From NCBI GenBank assembly GCA_013239625.1, contig MU053504.1, positions 1,304,001-1,368,000 of the forward strand: a stretch of DNA of 64,000 bases. The letters are read 5' to 3'. Origin of the DNA: Lama guanicoe (taxonomy: Eukaryota). The translations under genes and the position numbers were made by a program. Position 1 is the first letter of the stretch, and every line of letters starts with the position of its first letter. Under the pieces are notes generated by a model. The model did not search any database. It was given only the letters and a program-made list of their open reading frames with translations, and was not told where the DNA came from. Positions 63,471-64,000 of this stretch are shown one piece after another.

Positions 63471-63688
63471 GGACCATGCGTCACTCTGCCAGCCAAAGCC
63501 AGACCCTCGACCAGAAGGCACAGGGCCCTGGGGCCTCCAGTTCTGCGGGCAAGGCTGTGCCGCCCGCCTCTCAGCACCTTCCTATATCTCGGCCCCCTGG
63601 CGCCAGACCAGGCTCTGGCCAAGCCCGGCCTCAGGCTCATCCTTGGAGGTCAGCCTCTGGAAAGAGTGCTCAGAGACCTCGCCACTGA
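63471..63688 (+). CDS. TMC2: TMC2 exon 20, coding part to TGA
   Basis: ttttccag|GG..., 218 nt; TMRHSASQSQTLDQKAQGPG...HLPISRPPG...HPWRSASGKSAQRPRH*. Confidence 0.96.
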
Positions 63689-64000
63689 CCACGGGGACTG
63701 GCAGAAGCCGCGTCCTGGGGTTAATCCTCAGGCCCCATCGGCTCACAGCCCCCAGTCGTTCTCTCTTCCTCTCTTCTCTCATCGAATGTGGGAACTTTGA
63801 TTACTCGATCTCAGGCCTTGTTGGCTACCAAAACAGAAGGACCATGGCTTCATCCACCCTTTAGGAGGGCGGGGCCTCCCCAGTTCCTGGCTCAGGCGGC
63901 TTGGACCTGCACTCACAGCAGTTTCCCTCGGCTCCAGACTTTGCGGGGAGGAGCTGGGCCGGGCCCACCATCATAGGCTTTTCTCACGGAGCTCATGTTG

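Overview
Mammalian genomic DNA, very probably a camelid (inferred from seven copies of a tRNA-Ala(AGC)-headed SINE of the camelid type). The window holds the whole coding sequence of TMC2 (transmembrane channel-like 2, a pore-forming subunit of the hair-cell mechanotransduction channel) on the + strand. I traced 20 coding exons by hand from ATG 4945 to TGA 63688. All introns are GT-AG and phase-consistent, and the exons join into an intact 2709-nt ORF (902 aa). Introns are mostly interspersed repeats (L1, L2, MIR, solo ERV1-type LTRs, MaLR/ERVL LTRs, hAT-Charlie DNA transposons); family names are from recognition, not a RepeatMasker run. The main anomaly is a ~1.7-kb near-identical tandem duplication containing TMC2 exon 14 on both sides of a 194-N gap. 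It is most likely two uncollapsed haplotypes, although the exon is frame-preserving. Smaller curiosities are a retroposed mRNA 3'-end fragment next to exon 13, a 5'-inverted L1 with probable 3' transduction, a SINE-linked orphan segment, an E-box cluster in intron 4 and a CpG-rich patch upstream. I found no convincing previously undescribed biological system; prokaryotic-type features (CRISPR, operons) are absent.
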